Assembly (NCBI GenBank): GCA_002104905.1
Contig: MCFE01000330.1
Coordinates: 1 to 64,000, forward strand
Origin: Basidiobolus meristosporus CBS 931.73
Lineage: Eukaryota > Fungi > Basidiobolomycota
Reading direction: 5' to 3'
Length of the DNA: 64,000 nt
In this document: positions 37,030 through 48,161 of the stretch, piece by piece
Layout of the letters: each line of letters begins with the position of its first letter
Position numbering within the stretch: the stretch's first letter is position 1
Translations under genes and position numbers: made by a program
Notes under the pieces: model-generated
What the model was told of the DNA's origin: nothing
Databases searched by the model: none
Seen by the model: the letters and a program-made list of their open reading frames with translations, nothing else

Positions 37030-39354
37030 GCATATATATGGAGGTGAGTCAAACCAAAGGGGAAATGGTGTTACACTAACATGGGTATATGGTGCCATAA
37101 CTTTATTTATAACACTTACTATGGTGGGTTAACATTAAATCTTACAATCATGTAGGTGCAATGTGTCAAATACAAGACTGTCTTAAATTCACACAAGTAT
37201 TGACAAAAAAGTGATATATCAGCATTACATTGTTGAATGTCAAACTGTTAGCCCTATGTACAAGGCTACTTTGATTCAATGCCATTAGAGAAGAGAAAAA
37301 AGACCATGTGGCTGTTGTAGAAAACCTCTTAGCCATGAAGCACACAGACAGCATAGGATAAATCACAAGGATCACAGCAAGTGTTTTGCCACACAAGTCA
37401 TATTTGACTAGTCACCTGTCACTACTGTACCAACAATAATTTGCCAGCCACTTAATACTCCTACAACAGCACCTAACCATACTTGTCACCTGGCACAAGC
37501 TGAGTCAGGTGAGTCTGAGATTCATTTAGGCTCACCTGAACCTTCTGAATATGGCATGCAGAGTGATAGCTCTGACAAAGAAGGCTCACTGATGGATTTT
37601 GAGCCTATCTTCCCAAACAACAGTACCCTCCATGAGCCTGGAAAAATCCCATTATGCAATCAGACAACAACCATTAAGAATGGCAAGGATACCTTATGGA
37701 GTCAAGTCAGCCCTGTAATTCATATACTGGAAAATGATGTGATCTTGTTGCTAGAGAAGTAGCACATTTCCACTAATATTAGTGATGAGAGCTCTGAGGA
37801 TTTACCACTAGTTCTTGCCAAGATCATCCCAGGATGTAACCTGCTGTGTATATGGTATAAGTGGACAACTGTCATTTGGCTGGCAACATAGGACACAGAG
37901 ACCATTCTGATACCAGCATGTGTTAACAGTTGCATGGCATTCACAGCAGAGAGTGCCACCATTGCAAGGTATCCAACTTGTCAGAAATCCACTGCCATTG
38001 GGGAAAACATTGTTTATACTTAGGATCTACTCCAGTAATACCCCATATAAAGAAGCTCATGGGGTCCAGCAAATATTGTCAAGCTATAAAGTATTGCACT
38101 CAGTAGCAATCAAGCATAAACATATCCAATATATTTGATGGCAAACATTGCAAACAGCTTAGAAACAAGGGCTACCATGAAGATATGTATGACCATACCA
38201 TTGCCTTGGCACTTGATGTATTCTCATTAGATAAGTACTCTACCAGCAAATCCTTCTGGCCACTGATTCTCATCAACCAGAATATGCTGCCTAATTTATG
38301 GTATCAGCAGGAATCTCATGGTAGTCTTACTGGTATCTGGGCTTAAATACTGTCCAGCCTGGATAGCTACCGGTATCCATTGCTAGATGAACTTCTATGC
38401 TTTCCAGCAGGATAACAGTAAATGGCGGTAATAGACTTGTTCTGTTGGATAGTGCCACATTGAGCCATGAGTGCCAAATGATGCCATAGTGTGCCAGAGA
38501 GGTAAAGTGAGCCTATACTTGGCCACAGAGTGAGAAACATAGCTCTGCATCTTCATGTAAAGCAGCCCCTGTGTTTCACCCATTGTGTTGGAGAAAATCC
38601 ATTTTTGACCTTTTTTTGTGGATCAATGTAGCTCAGGATGTGTAAGAGCACAGGAGACTGAAGATATGCGTCTGGTACTCAATACCCATGGCACTCTGAA
38701 TCTAGCTCCTGTAGCTTGTATCATGTCACAAAAATGAATGGCACTATCTTGGTCCACTGGTACTATCTGGCACTATATTTAAATATTAGACCTAATGTAA
38801 GATCTATACAAAGCACTTATAGTGCCAGACAGTACCAGTAGACCAAGATAGTGCCATTCATTTTTGTGACATGATACAAGCTACAGGAGCTAGATTTAGA
38901 GTGCCATGGGTATTGAGTACCAGATGCATATCTTCAATCTGCTTGTGCTCTAACACATCCTGCACAACATTGATCCAAAAAAAAAGGTCAAAAAATGGAT
39001 TTTCTCCAACACAATGGGTGAAACACAGGGGCTGCTTTGCATGAAGATGCAGAGCTATGTTTCACACTCTGTGGCCAGGTAGAGGCTCACTTGGCCTCTC
39101 TGGCACACTATGGCATCATTTGGCACTCATGGCTCAATGTGGCACTATCCAACGGAACAAGTCTAATGTCAAAGCACCTATTATTATCTGCATTGAGGAT
39201 ACCTCATCCATGAGCAAGATAGCTGGCTTTTCAGGTTACAATGGATGGTATTGATGTCAAATGTGTGAGATCCAGAGGATATATTCTATAATTCACACAC
39301 ATTATTATTACCCAAATACCAACACTAAGAGTATCATGCTCCCATAGATGGAAT
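37030..39354 (+). pseudogene. Degenerate CACTA/EnSpm (Transposase_21-like) transposase, interrupted by a MITE and by PHIS copy B
   Basis: Remnant motifs in order across stops and frameshifts: ACVNSCMAFT..PTCQK, IALSSNQA, PLILINQNMLPNLWY, LDSY.YPLLDEL, ICIEDTSSMSKIAGFSGYNGWY*CQMCEI, HYYYP. Confidence 0.7.
38433..39164. mobile_element. Fold-back MITE (732 bp), TSD AAT
   Basis: aat|AGACTTGTTCTGTTGGATAGTGCC...GGCACTATCCAACGGAACAAGTCT|aat. Near-palindromic and highly similar to 33152-33885. Confidence 0.95.
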
Positions 39355-41877
39355 AGACTTGTTCCATTAGATAGTGCCACATAGTTCAAGCTGTTGATAG
39401 TGCTGGATCAATCTGGCACTCTATGGCACTATCTGACACTCTGATTTCTAAGATTATGCCAGTGGTAGGATACAATTACTGGCATTTTGACACAATCTTA
39501 CTTATACTGCTCAGAACAGTGCTTTTCTTGCTGTATTTACTCATCATAATGCTCTAGACACATTTCTCTCAGTGGATGTCCTCTTGTATGAGTATATTGC
39601 ATATTAATAAGTATCTTAACTATTTTACCTATACTGCTGTTTTCTCCTACATATGACTTTCCTCCATATTTACCTGCTAATATGCAGAATCTCTGTAGAT
39701 ATCCAAATGCATGCTCTACTCTCAATCTGAAATGATGAAATATATCATTGTTGGGCTTCTGCTTCCTGCTGAGCACTCCATTCCTTGGCTTCCAATGGGC
39801 TGTAATACATTCTGGTCTCTGGCAATCCTCTCCTATATAAGCCTAGTCTATCTTAAATCTGTTCCCTCTACCATGTCCTGGATGATTCTCTACCCAGAGT
39901 GCTTTGTCATGCCTACTTCCAGCAAATGGCCCACTAAGCCAGATGATGTTACCCTCAATGTCAGACAGTGCTTGAAACTTCACACAGTGTGCCTTGTACT
40001 TGCCAGAATAAAAGTGCCTCTGCCCTCTAGAAGGTCTGTTAATCCTCATATTTCATAAAAGACCAGGACAATGCCAATACACTACTGTATAAGTATCCAA
40101 ATCCATCACTATGGCCCCTATACCAAGTCTCTACTCATCTCAAGTACAACCCAGACAAAACCCACCCCCCAGCTCACAAGCATGGTCTGGGTTGGAGAAG
40201 TTAATGTTGGATTCATTTGAGTTCTTGCCAAATGATTTAAGTATGGCCCAAGTGTCTATGATGTGCCTTCATACAGATATTTGGGCACTACTCATTAATC
40301 TAGCAGAACTAGATATCTCAGAGAGTCAACAGAGATGGAAGAACCTCAGTAGAAAGCTGTGGCATGAGTTCTTCATCAAGATGCCAGCAGATATAGCTAA
40401 GTGGCTTCCAAGTGCAATATACATAAGACTCATCCAGGCAACAGTTCCAAAGTATCAAACAGAGGGTAAGTAAATACTTTGAGGAATCAGAAGGTGAGCT
40501 TCAAGATGAAGAATACAGACCGCAAGCAACAGCATCTAGATCATACCAACATGCCTTGCTGGTTTTCTTACCATCCTTTGCAACTTCAGCATGCTTGTGC
40601 ACATCAGTCCAAACTATGCCAACACCCTTCACAAGAGTGCCCTGCATCAATTCTATGTGTGTTGGGTCAACATGCACACCTCAGAGGAAAACCACCAGAA
40701 CTTGCCAAATTGCTCATTTAGACACAAGTCCATTGGAATGGGCCAAGCTGTGTCAACAAGCAGCTTCACATTGAACTCAGTCAAGGGCCATGGCAGCTCA
40801 TCAAGTTGTGCCTGCACATGCCATTACACCTGACCATCAGTAAGTTTCTTCTGGTGCACTGACTAATGATAACCCACATGAAGTTCCACCACTACCAGAG
40901 CCTTTGGCAAGTAAAAGAAAGCGTCAGCACATAGCACTGCTAGCCAGTTCAGTAGCATCCTCTGGAGCAATTGAGCACAGTCAAGCTGCAGCAGTGCACT
41001 CATCCACTAGGAGGCAGAACACTAACTACAAATACACAGGTAGCCAAGATGATAGGCAACAAGGAAGTAGTTTAGGTGTGCAAAGTGAATCACTACCAAA
41101 GGCTTCAGTAGTAGTCCCTGTGAGAAAAAAACCTAGGAGAAGATGAAGCAATTGCATTGCATTGCTATTATTTGTTGTGATCCAAACCATATACTTTTTT
41201 TTGCAATCTAATCAAGCCATTGCAAATCAGTGTCCACTCAATTTTTGATAAAAGCAATACTAAGGTTGCTTCACAATTGACACAGAATCCCTATAAATAA
41301 ATACCCTGCATATATATACATCATCTGTAACACCAGTGCAGCCATTTGATCTGTTTTGCACCTATATGGTTGGTTGAATGCTAGCTGTAACACCTTGCCC
41401 AATCACTAGGTTCAGGGACTTACTTGCTCAATTGATAAAATGGGCTATTTGATGGCTACTCAGGTAGCTTGGGTATTGGTCAAGCTGCCAATTAGGGGCT
41501 GACAGCTTCAGGATACTTTTGGACCAGTTAATCACTGAGATACCATTCAATTGGAGTGATGGTAGCCAAAATGGTAAGTACCAGTGCAGTGTATAGTATG
41601 AGACACATTCATTTCTATTTGCATTCAAGAAACATATCCAAATACCAGACTTTACCAACCATTATAGCGGTATCTAATGGTGCATGTGCTGCAAATACTA
41701 TGAGTTGGTGCAATCAGCATTGTGCCAGATTGTGCCATTGCATGCAAGATTGTCCCACGTGGTGTGAAATTGTCCAAGAGCAATCCGGCCAACTGGTAGC
41801 TACATTTTTGCAATGGATTGTTCTTTGAGACCGTAGATTGCACTGTGCACCCTGGCATGGTACAATGGAACAAGTCT
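39355..41877. mobile_element. PHIS (Pangu-like) element copy B, internally deleted and non-autonomous, TSD AAT
   Basis: aat|AGACTTGTTCCATTAGATAG...TACAATGGAACAAGTCT|aat. Broken transposase 3' half on the minus strand (39537-40049) and broken ORF2 on the plus strand (40111-41146). CpG almost entirely lost. Confidence 0.9.
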
Positions 41878-41889
41878 AATTTACCCAAT

Positions 41890-42900
41890 TTACTCTTTTC
41901 TTCTATTTATGACTTTCCTCTGTATTTACATGCCAATATGCTGAATCTCTTCAGATATCCAAATATAAGCTCTACTCTCACTCTGAAATGCTTAGATATC
42001 TCATTGTAGGGCTTCTGATTCCTGCAAAGCACACCATTCCTGTGCTTCCTATATGTTCTAATACATCCTAATCTCTAAGTATCCTGTTCTGTATAAACTC
42101 AATCTGTCATATATTTCCCTCCTCTACTAAATTCTGGATAATTCTCCACTAGTATGCTTTGTGATGCATACTTCTGGCAAATGGCCGTCTATACTAGATG
42201 ATGTTTTTTGTAATGTTGGGCAGTGCTAGAAACTTCACCCAGTGTGTCTTGTAGTTTCCAGCATCAAAGGGCCTCTGCCCCCTAAAAGTTATGTAAACCC
42301 TGACTGGGAAGGTGTCCAAAATACTCCTGATATGGAATCTATTGCTGAACACTCTGGGATATGCAAGTCTATTGAAGCTTCTGAACCTAGTATCCTAAGA
42401 TTGAGACAGAAGGTCCACAGAACTTAGTATAGATCTGCTCTAATATGTCAAAAGGAATTCCTGTGGTAGTGATAGGATTAGTGTGAAAAGACCATTCAGA
42501 TGAGTTTGTCTTATGAGGCCTGGTAGGTGATTGAATAGATGGGGTTTGATTGATTCTGTGCAATCTATTTGATTTGTCTGATTTTGTATGCACTATGATT
42601 AAGTCTCCATGAATTACCATGTTTCCCATGATTATGTTGTTAAATCATCCACAGTCAGTGGCTTAAAGATTCTATTGATGATTTACTCACAGGTCTGTAG
42701 TCAAATAGGAAATCTGCAACAGATGTGATCCAATCAATGCCAATGCCACTCAAGAGGCATCATTCAAATATAGAGATAATTCATCAATCACATAATTGTT
42801 CAATATATTTCATATAAGATCAGGCTGATGTCAATATGCAGCTATATGAATATCTAAATCTGTCACTCTGACCCCTATTTCAAGTTTCTATTCACTTTTA
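41890..42900 (-). pseudogene. Older PHIS transposase and promoter relic (copy F), no intact termini seen
   Basis: Aligns with 44210-45350 with deletions and many stops. Confidence 0.75.
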
Positions 42901-44105
42901 GTACTGTTGTAAGAGTTTTGGAGATATTGGAAGTGTTTGGGGGAACAAGTATATTATGTGATTTTCAATTGGTGATTTATTGAATGCACAAGTAGTATTT
43001 ATATTTTTACATGGTTTTGGCATAACAAACACATAGAATAGGCTCATGATGATCCAAAGAACATGTGAGCAAGATTTGGGGCTGCTTGGACAACTTTGAG
43101 GATTCTCATTTTCTGGGTACCTGATAGTTTGGTGAAAAATTTTTTAAGTAAATCCCAACAAGGAATTTGGTCAGAATTCTCTAGGATTTGAAGGTAATAA
43201 TTTATGTGACTAAGTTAGTGAATATTTAGGTCAAGTCAATACTTTTACAACATACTATATGGTTACATATATATGGAAGTGAGCCAAACCAAACAGGAAA
43301 TAGTGACACATACATCTGCTTATGTCACATCTTTATTTGTAATGCCTACCATGGTGGGGCACCGTAGAATCCTACAATCATGGAGGTGTCATGTCATAAA
43401 GTCAAGACTGTTTTAAAAATACATCAGTATTCACAAAAAAGTGATAAAATAGTGTTATGTTGTTTAGTGTCAAACTGTTTGTCACATTGACAGGACCACT
43501 TTGATTTAGTACCATATAAGAAGAGCAAAGCAACTGTGGGGCTATTGTGGCAAGCCTCTAAGCCATGAAGCTCACAGTTGGAACAGCAAGTACTTCAAGG
43601 ATTGTGGTCAGTGTTTTGCTACAGAAGTCATAGTGGAGCAATCATCAGACACTACTGGACCAACAATGTCTTGCCAGCTAATTGATAATTCTCAAACACT
43701 ACCTAGTCATAACTGGTTCCTTGCATAAGCTGATTCAGGTCAGTTTGTGATGTCTTTTAGCCCACCTCAGCCTTTTAAATATGGCTACTGAGTGACAGTA
43801 ACATCCCAACATTCAATGGGACTACACCTGTAGAAAAAGAGCCAAGAACACTTTGTGGAGACAAGGGAGCCAAGTAACTCATTTAATGGAGAAAGATATG
43901 TTGTTGAGCATACAGAAGTAGTAGACTTGTTCCGTTGGATAGTGCCACATAGTGCCAGCCGGTTTATAGTGCCGGATCGATCTGGCACTCTACGGCACTA
44001 TCTGGCACTATAATTTCTACCATGATGTCAGTGGTATGATACAGTTACTGGTAATTTTACTCAATCTTACTTATGTTGCTCAGAATAGTGCTTTCCTTGC
44101 TTTAT

Positions 44106-44990
44106 TTACTCTTCATAATGCTCCAGACACATATCTCTCAGTGGATGTCTTCTTGTATGAACATACTGTGCATTGATAAGTATCTTAACTATTTTACCTA
44201 TTCTGCTGTTTTCTCCTATATATGACTTTCCTCTGTATTTACCTGCCAATATGCTGAATCTCTTCAGATATCCAAATGTGTGCTCTACCCTTACTCTGAA
44301 ATGATTAAATATCTCATTGTAGAGCTTCTGCTTCCTGCTAAGCACACCATTCCTTGGCTTCCTATAAGCTGTAATACATCCTAATCTCTGACAATCCTCT
44401 CCTATATAGGCCAAGTCTGCCATACATTTCTCCCCTCTACTGAATTCAGGATGATTCTCTACCCAGAGTGCTTTGTCATGCCTACTTCCAGCAAATGGCC
44501 CACTAAACCAGATGATGTTACCCTCAATGTCAGACAGTGCTTGAAACTTCACACAGTGTGCCTTGTACTTGCCAGAATAAAAGTGCCTCTGCCCTCTAGA
44601 AGGTCTGTTAATCCTCACTGGGAAGGTATCCAAAATACTCCTGATATGGAACCTGTTGCTGAACACTCTGGGATATGGAAGTCTATTGGAGCTTCTGAAC
44701 CTAGTATTCCAAGCTTGCTCTAAGTCATTCATACCCTCTGCAAGGTGGTTCTCCATTGCTGTCAGCTGGGAATGAAAGCTTCTAGGACTTTTGTTGCCAT
44801 GGATAGTGGGATGAAACCTTGTAGGGCAATAGTTCTTGTAATAGCAGAGAAGCTTAACAAGGGATCTCCTTGAGTAGATTGGGGTTGATGGTCCACAGTA
44901 CTTGGAATAGATCTCCTCCAGTGTGTCAAAAGGAAATCCAGTGGTAGTGATGGGATTGATGAGAAAAGACCATTCAGATGAGTAAGTCAT
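44106..44990 (-). CDS. DDE transposase (DDE_Tnp_4 / PIF-Harbinger-like), 294 aa, intact
   Basis: HTH-like N-terminus (RSLVKLLCYYKNY). Catalytic motifs ILDTFPVRINRP, FYSGKYKAHCVKFQ, GPFAGSRHD, MADLAYIG, RVRVEHTFGYLKRFSIL. Confidence 0.92.
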   Translation of the reverse strand: MTYSSEWSFLINPITTTGFPFDTLEEIYSKYCGPSTPIYSRRSLVKLLCYYKNYCPTRFHPTIHGNKSPRSFHSQLTAMENHLAEGMNDLEQAWNTRFRSSNRLPYPRVFSNRFHIRSILDTFPVRINRPSRGQRHFYSGKYKAHCVKFQALSDIEGNIIWFSGPFAGSRHDKALWVENHPEFSRGEKCMADLAYIGEDCQRLGCITAYRKPRNGVLSRKQKLYNEIFNHFRVRVEHTFGYLKRFSILAGKYRGKSYIGENSRIGKIVKILINAQYVHTRRHPLRDMCLEHYEE

Positions 44991-45349
44991 ATTAAAATTG
45001 ATGGATGATCGTATGGAGGCGCTTTGAATTGATTTGGCGCGATCTGCGTTATTTATCTGATTTTTAACACATTATGGTTAAATCTCCATCAATTGCCATG
45101 TATCCCATCATTATGTCGCAAAAATCATCCGCAAACAATGCCTTGGTACTTTTATTGATGCTTTAATCATAGGTCTATAATCAAATAGGAAATCTGCAAT
45201 TGATGTGATCTGATCCGTGTCAACACAATCCAAGATGCATCATGCATAATATATGGAAAATTCAACAATCACTTTAGTTTTCATATATATTTCATATAAG
45301 ACCAGGTTGATGCCAATATACTGCTGTATAAGTATCCAAATCCGTTGCT

Positions 45350-46621
45350 ATGGTCCCCATACCAAGCCTCAACTCATCTTTAGTACAACCCAGACAAAAC
45401 CCATCCCCCAGCTCACTAGCGCGGTCCGGACCGGAGAAGTCGATGTCGGATCCGTTTGAGTTCTTGCCAAATGATTTTAGTATGGCCCAAGTGTCTATGA
45501 TGAGCCTTCATACAGATATTTGGGCACTACTGATTAATCTAGCAGAACTAGATACCTCAGAGAGTCAACAAAGATGGAAGAATTTGAGTAGAAAGCTGTG
45601 GCATGAGTTCTACATCAAGATGCCAGCCGATGTATGTAAAAAGATATATAACAAGACAAGTATTGAAATCAAGAATGAGCTGAGAGTAAGGGGATTTGAC
45701 GAGGAAGCCGCGCGGGAACAATTTTGCGCGCAATTTGCACAGTACGGGCCGGACGCGTCCGTTTGTGCCTCAACTTTGGGAACCAAAGAGATTTTGAATG
45801 AGTTTTTGCCTCAAATGACTAATGTACTATGTGATATATTAGTAGAGCTAAGTGGCTTCCGAGAGCAATATACACAGGACTCATCCAGGCAACAGCTCCA
45901 AAGTATCAGACAGAGGGTAAGTGAATACCTTGAGGAATCAGATGGTGAGCTTCAGGAGGAAGAATACAGACCGCAAGCAACATCGTCCAGATTGCGCCAG
46001 CACGCCTTGCTGGATTCCCTACCATCTCTTGCAACCACAGCGCGCTGGCGCACGTCAGTCCAGACCACGCCAACACCCTTTACCAGAATGCCCCGCGTTG
46101 AGTCAACGCGCATTGAGTCAACGCGCATCGGGTCAACATGCGCGCTTCAGAGCAAAACTACCAGAACTCGCTAAACTGCTCATTTAGACACAAGTCCATT
46201 GGAGCGGACCGAGTCGCGTCAACATGCGGCATCACATCAAACTCAGCCAAGGGCCATCTCAACGCGTCAAGGCGCGCCTGCGCGTGCCGTTTTGCCTGAC
46301 CATCAGCGAGTTACTTCTGGTGAACTGACTGATAATGACCAACATGAAGTGACTCAACCACCAGAGCCCTTGGCAAGTAAAAGAACGTGTCAGCGCGTGG
46401 CACTACAGGCCGGTTCAGTTGGTTCAGTTGGTTCAGTTGGAGCGATTCAGTGCGGCCAAGCTTCAGCATTGCACTCATCAACTAGGAGGCAAAATACTGA
46501 CTACGAATACACAAGTAGCCAAGATGATAGTCAGCCAGGAAGTAGTATAGGTGTGCAAAGTGAGTCACTACCAAATGCTTCAGTAGTAATCCCTGTGAGA
46601 AACAAACCCAGGAGAAGATGA
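45350..46621 (+). pseudogene. PHIS ORF2 (putative DNA-binding partner, 423 codons) with one premature TAA at 46172-46174
   Basis: Track ORFs 45350-46174 and 46199-46621 are in the same frame. Copy E has CAA (Gln) at the stop codon (GAACTCGCCAAACTG). SQQRWKNLSRKLWHEFY resembles the third helix of Myb/SANT/trihelix domains (motif-level inference). Confidence 0.75.
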
Positions 46622-47633
46622 TGCGATCGCTTTGAATCGCTCACATTTGTAATGATCCCGACAACCCTTTTTTTTTGCGATCCAAATTGAGCCATTGCAA
46701 ATCAGTGATCATCATATTTTTGATATAAGTAATATCAAGGTCGTCTCACATTTGAGACAGAACCCCTATAAATAAACACCCTGCATATATATACGTCATC
46801 TGTAATACCAGTGCAGCTATTGGATCTGTTTTGCACCTACACAATCGCTTGCGTGCTAGCTATGACACCTTGCCCAATCACTAGGATCAGGGATTTACTT
46901 GCTCAATGGGCAAAATGAGATATTTGATGGCAAATCAGGTAGCTTTTTCAGTAGTCAATGAGCCAATTGGGGGCTGCCAGCTTCAGGATACTTTTGGACC
47001 AATTAACCACTGAGATACCGTCCAATTGGAGTGAGGGTAACCAAAATGGTAAGTATCAGTGTAGTTTATAGTGCGATACACATTTATTTCCATTGACATT
47101 AAAGAAACATATCCAAATACCGGATTTTACCTGCCATTATAGCGGTATCCAATCGCGCACGTGATGCAAGCATTACGAGTTGGCGCGATCATTTGCGCCA
47201 ACCTCATCGTGTCAGATTGTGCCATAGTGTGCAAGATCGTCCCGCATAGTGCGAAATTGTCCAAGAACAATCCTGCCTTCTGGTAGCTATGATATCACGC
47301 CCGATTGCTCTTTGCAACCGCGGATTGCGCCGCGCACCCTGGCACGGTACGATGGAACAAGTCTAGTGTACTGCTACTAACATCAGTAATGGTTGCTTTG
47401 AAGTTTTACTGCTACTTCTTGCCAAAATTATTGTAATATTGTCCTGGACTCAGACAAGCAAGCAGATTTTGGGTCAATATTGGTATGCTGAGAAAGTATC
47501 TCAAGAACAGCATACCAAAGGCAGAAAAAAAAGGTTGCACCAGCTAAGAACCAGTAACTTTCTCAGGATCCTATTAGAAGCAGTGCCAAAAGTTCCAAAC
47601 AAGTGTCAAAGAGACATCAGGTAGCTGGAAAAG

Positions 47634-48161
47634 TGTCATGATCACATGACAACCATGAACACCCATGCCAAGTTTCAGCTTCCTAGCTCAATTTCTAAGA
47701 GATTCTTTCTGGAACCTTCTACAACCTTCCAGAAAGTTCCTGACCATTCCAAACCCTTGTTACACAATGGAACATTCCATGGAAGCTTCCCATCTTATTT
47801 TTCATAGTCCAGTACCATATATGGAAATACCAAGTAACATGACTTAGTCACATGATCAGGTGACCCAATCCATTTCCCCATCCTGTCTCAGTGCCTTGCT
47901 TTCTATATTATCATCCCCAGCACATTGCTGTGCCTCACCCCACAACCCTATTAGTATTAGCCAATATCTCTCAGCATCAGTATAAGCAAAAAGTATATAG
48001 AGTCCTATCCCCCCTTAAGTATTCCTCAGTCTGATAAACACAGGTCTTGAATAAACAGCCTTGCCTTGGAAACCCGCCTTGCCTTGATGATCCACACCTC
48101 AGTCCTTTCCTGGTCCTGCCTTGCCTAGCTCTACTCTCCTGCCTTGTGTCTATTCATAACA
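47634..48161. mobile_element. Solo LTR, 528 bp, 5-bp TSD AAAAG
   Basis: aaaag|TGTCATGA...TCATAACA|aaaag, with inverted termini TGT(C/T)ATGA. Confidence 0.8.

Larger units (their letters stand above)
43923..47364. mobile_element. PHIS (Pangu-like) DNA transposon copy A, 3442 bp, youngest-looking, TSD AGT
   Basis: agt|AGACTTGTTCCGTTGGATAGTGCC...GGCACGGTACGATGGAACAAGTCT|agt. Two divergent ORFs and subterminal AGTGCC/GGCACT repeats. Retains abundant CpG outside the transposase ORF. Confidence 0.95.

Noticed and set aside
31295-39164. Regularly recurring AGTGCC/GGCACT motifs as a CRISPR-like array
   Set aside because: Eukaryotic context, no unique spacers between constant repeats, and the motifs are transposon subterminal repeats.
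43922-47365. 2-bp TA target duplication (Tc1- or ISL2EU-like reading of the PHIS termini)
   Set aside because: Empty-site reconstruction (E in D, MITE in C) and matched flanks AAT/ACT/AGT/ATT require a 3-bp ANT duplication with termini starting AG.
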